Shown here piece after piece: positions 62,474 to 64,000 of a stretch of 64,000 bases of DNA. A program made the position numbers and the translations under genes. Source of the stretch: Podarcis cretensis (lineage: Eukaryota); assembly GCA_951804945.1 (NCBI GenBank), contig OX638150.1, positions 61,256,001 to 61,320,000 on the forward strand. The letters are read 5' to 3'. The notes under the pieces were generated by a model. The model ran no database searches, had not been told where the DNA came from, and was given only the letters and a program-made list of their open reading frames with translations. Numbering within the stretch: position 1 is the first letter of the stretch; every line of letters begins with the position of its first letter.

Positions 62474-62575
62474 ATTCAGCTAAGTTTTAGTCAGAGTGCA
62501 CCTATTGAAATTAATGGACTTAGTCATGTTCTTTAATTTCAATGGGTCGACACTGAGTAAAACTTAGTTGAATAC
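62474..62575. repeat. Palindromic MITE-like hairpin
   Basis: Inverted arms gtattcagctaagttttagtcag...attgaaatta and taatttcaat...ctgagtaaaacttagttgaatac. Confidence 0.65.
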
Positions 62576-64000
62576 CAGCAAAGATTTAAACTCTCGTCCT
62601 GCAAGCTTAGACCCAACACTGCATTAATCTTCATTAGTCCACATAGAACAACTTTTTCTAAGAGTAATTTTTCTACTAACAGGGGATACTTGATACAGTA
62701 TATCTAAGAACTGAAAGCAGTGTAAAAACTCAAAATTCAGCTGAAAAGTAACCTTCAAGTGTCTCTGTTAGTTAATGCACGTGGTGCTTTCCCCAAACAT
62801 GCCCTCATGATCCCACTTGATTTTGTAGTCCTTAACGCATCACCATGTTCAAGTCACTAGGATCACACATAATCGCCTTCATTGTTAAAAAACAATTGTA
62901 GCCAGATATTTGATTCTGTAGCTCTATGGACATGCTGTTCAAGTGCAATTGGAATACTCATGGCGAACTTAGAGTGCAATTAGAGTACATGGGTGAATTT
63001 TGCCTCCCTGCTTTTTCTTCTTTTTGAGCTACAAGTGGACATCAGCTGGGGGGAGATGAGTCCTTCTCAGAGGGAGAGGAAGAGCAGCTTGCTTCCTTGA
63101 CCCCTTTGCTTTGCCTTAGGCTGGCCCATTGCCTAATGTTGCTTCCAACCAGAGATATAAATTCTTTTCTGCAAATGTAAGGCAGCAAGAGCTGCATCTG
63201 TACAGCAGGGTCAGGTTACACTATGCAGTGTGTACATATAACAGAGGCATAAAGCTATATTATTTATATATACATGCAGTAGTGGCATAAAAATGTATTA
63301 GCTGACACACTCTTTAATTCTATGCTGCGAAGTTCATGCCTCTTCTATTACAACCCTTGAGAAGGTCATGAGCCGAAGGGGAATATGCAAGTATTTTTAT
63401 GGGCATAAGTTTAATATGTATTTGGCATCTGGATCACTGAATGATATCTGGACAACAGTAACTCAGTTTACACCTTCAGACAAATGTTCTTCCAATTTTT
63501 TAAAGTTTCTGCCTGGTTCCATAGCCGAAATGCTTAATAAGAAACAACGGCTTTAAATAATGGAGCACTTTGATCCATTCAAAATTCTCCTCACACCAAA
63601 CTGACTCATTGCGATAATTTTGCTTAGCAAAATAGGAACTCAGAACGAAATATAGGATTGGTTCTAGATATCTGAAGATTATCTGGGGCAGAGGCAATCC
63701 ATGCACTCCTTACAGTACCTTTTCAAGCTGGCTCACTTCTTCTTACAATGGGTGACATTCAGATTAGAGGAACTCCTCATAAGAAAGGATGGTTTAGAGA
63801 TGACAATTGGTAGATGAGGGTGAAAAAGGAGAAAGAATATGTCTCTCCACTTATTTTATCTTTTTTCACCTGCTTTGTTCATGTCACCTCTAAAATGAGA
63901 GACATATGTCCACCTCTCACTACCAGAGGGAGGGCCCAGGGCCAACAGGCCTACCCATTTCTGTAACAGTAGTAGAGGTAGTAGTAATAGTAGTAGTGGT

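Noticed and set aside
62201-64000. Next upstream COL23A1 micro-exon
   Set aside because: No convincing match by eye; probably beyond the end of the window.

Overview
Vertebrate genomic DNA. The repeat content (Sauria SINEs, Bov-B/RTE, CR1, L2, tRNA-derived SINEs, Tc1/mariner and hAT MITEs) points to a squamate reptile, probably a lacertid lizard. The whole window lies inside one minus-strand gene for a type II transmembrane (MACIT) collagen, identified as COL23A1 by the NC2 motif GEQGDTVVIDYDGRILEALK and by exon-by-exon similarity to the human protein (recalled from memory, not aligned). I decoded phase-0 exons from 62174-62200 (GQSGRVGYP) down to 542-619; both ends of the gene lie outside the window. 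Main result: the single 63-nt COL1-domain exon (human GEPGSMGPRGENGVDGAPGPK) is present as 20 tandem exon+mini-intron units (~154 bp, 5174-8733). All 20 copies are exactly 63 nt with AG/GT splice sites and no stops, and 139 of 140 Gly positions are kept, whereas the uninserted introns vary from 87 to 94 nt and two carry insertions. The array could add up to 399 residues of triple helix or act as a length-tunable cassette array. A 69-nt non-collagenous exon (16331-16399) resembling the COL25A1 NC2 segment is also present. Most entries in the ORF track are spurious or derive from transposons.
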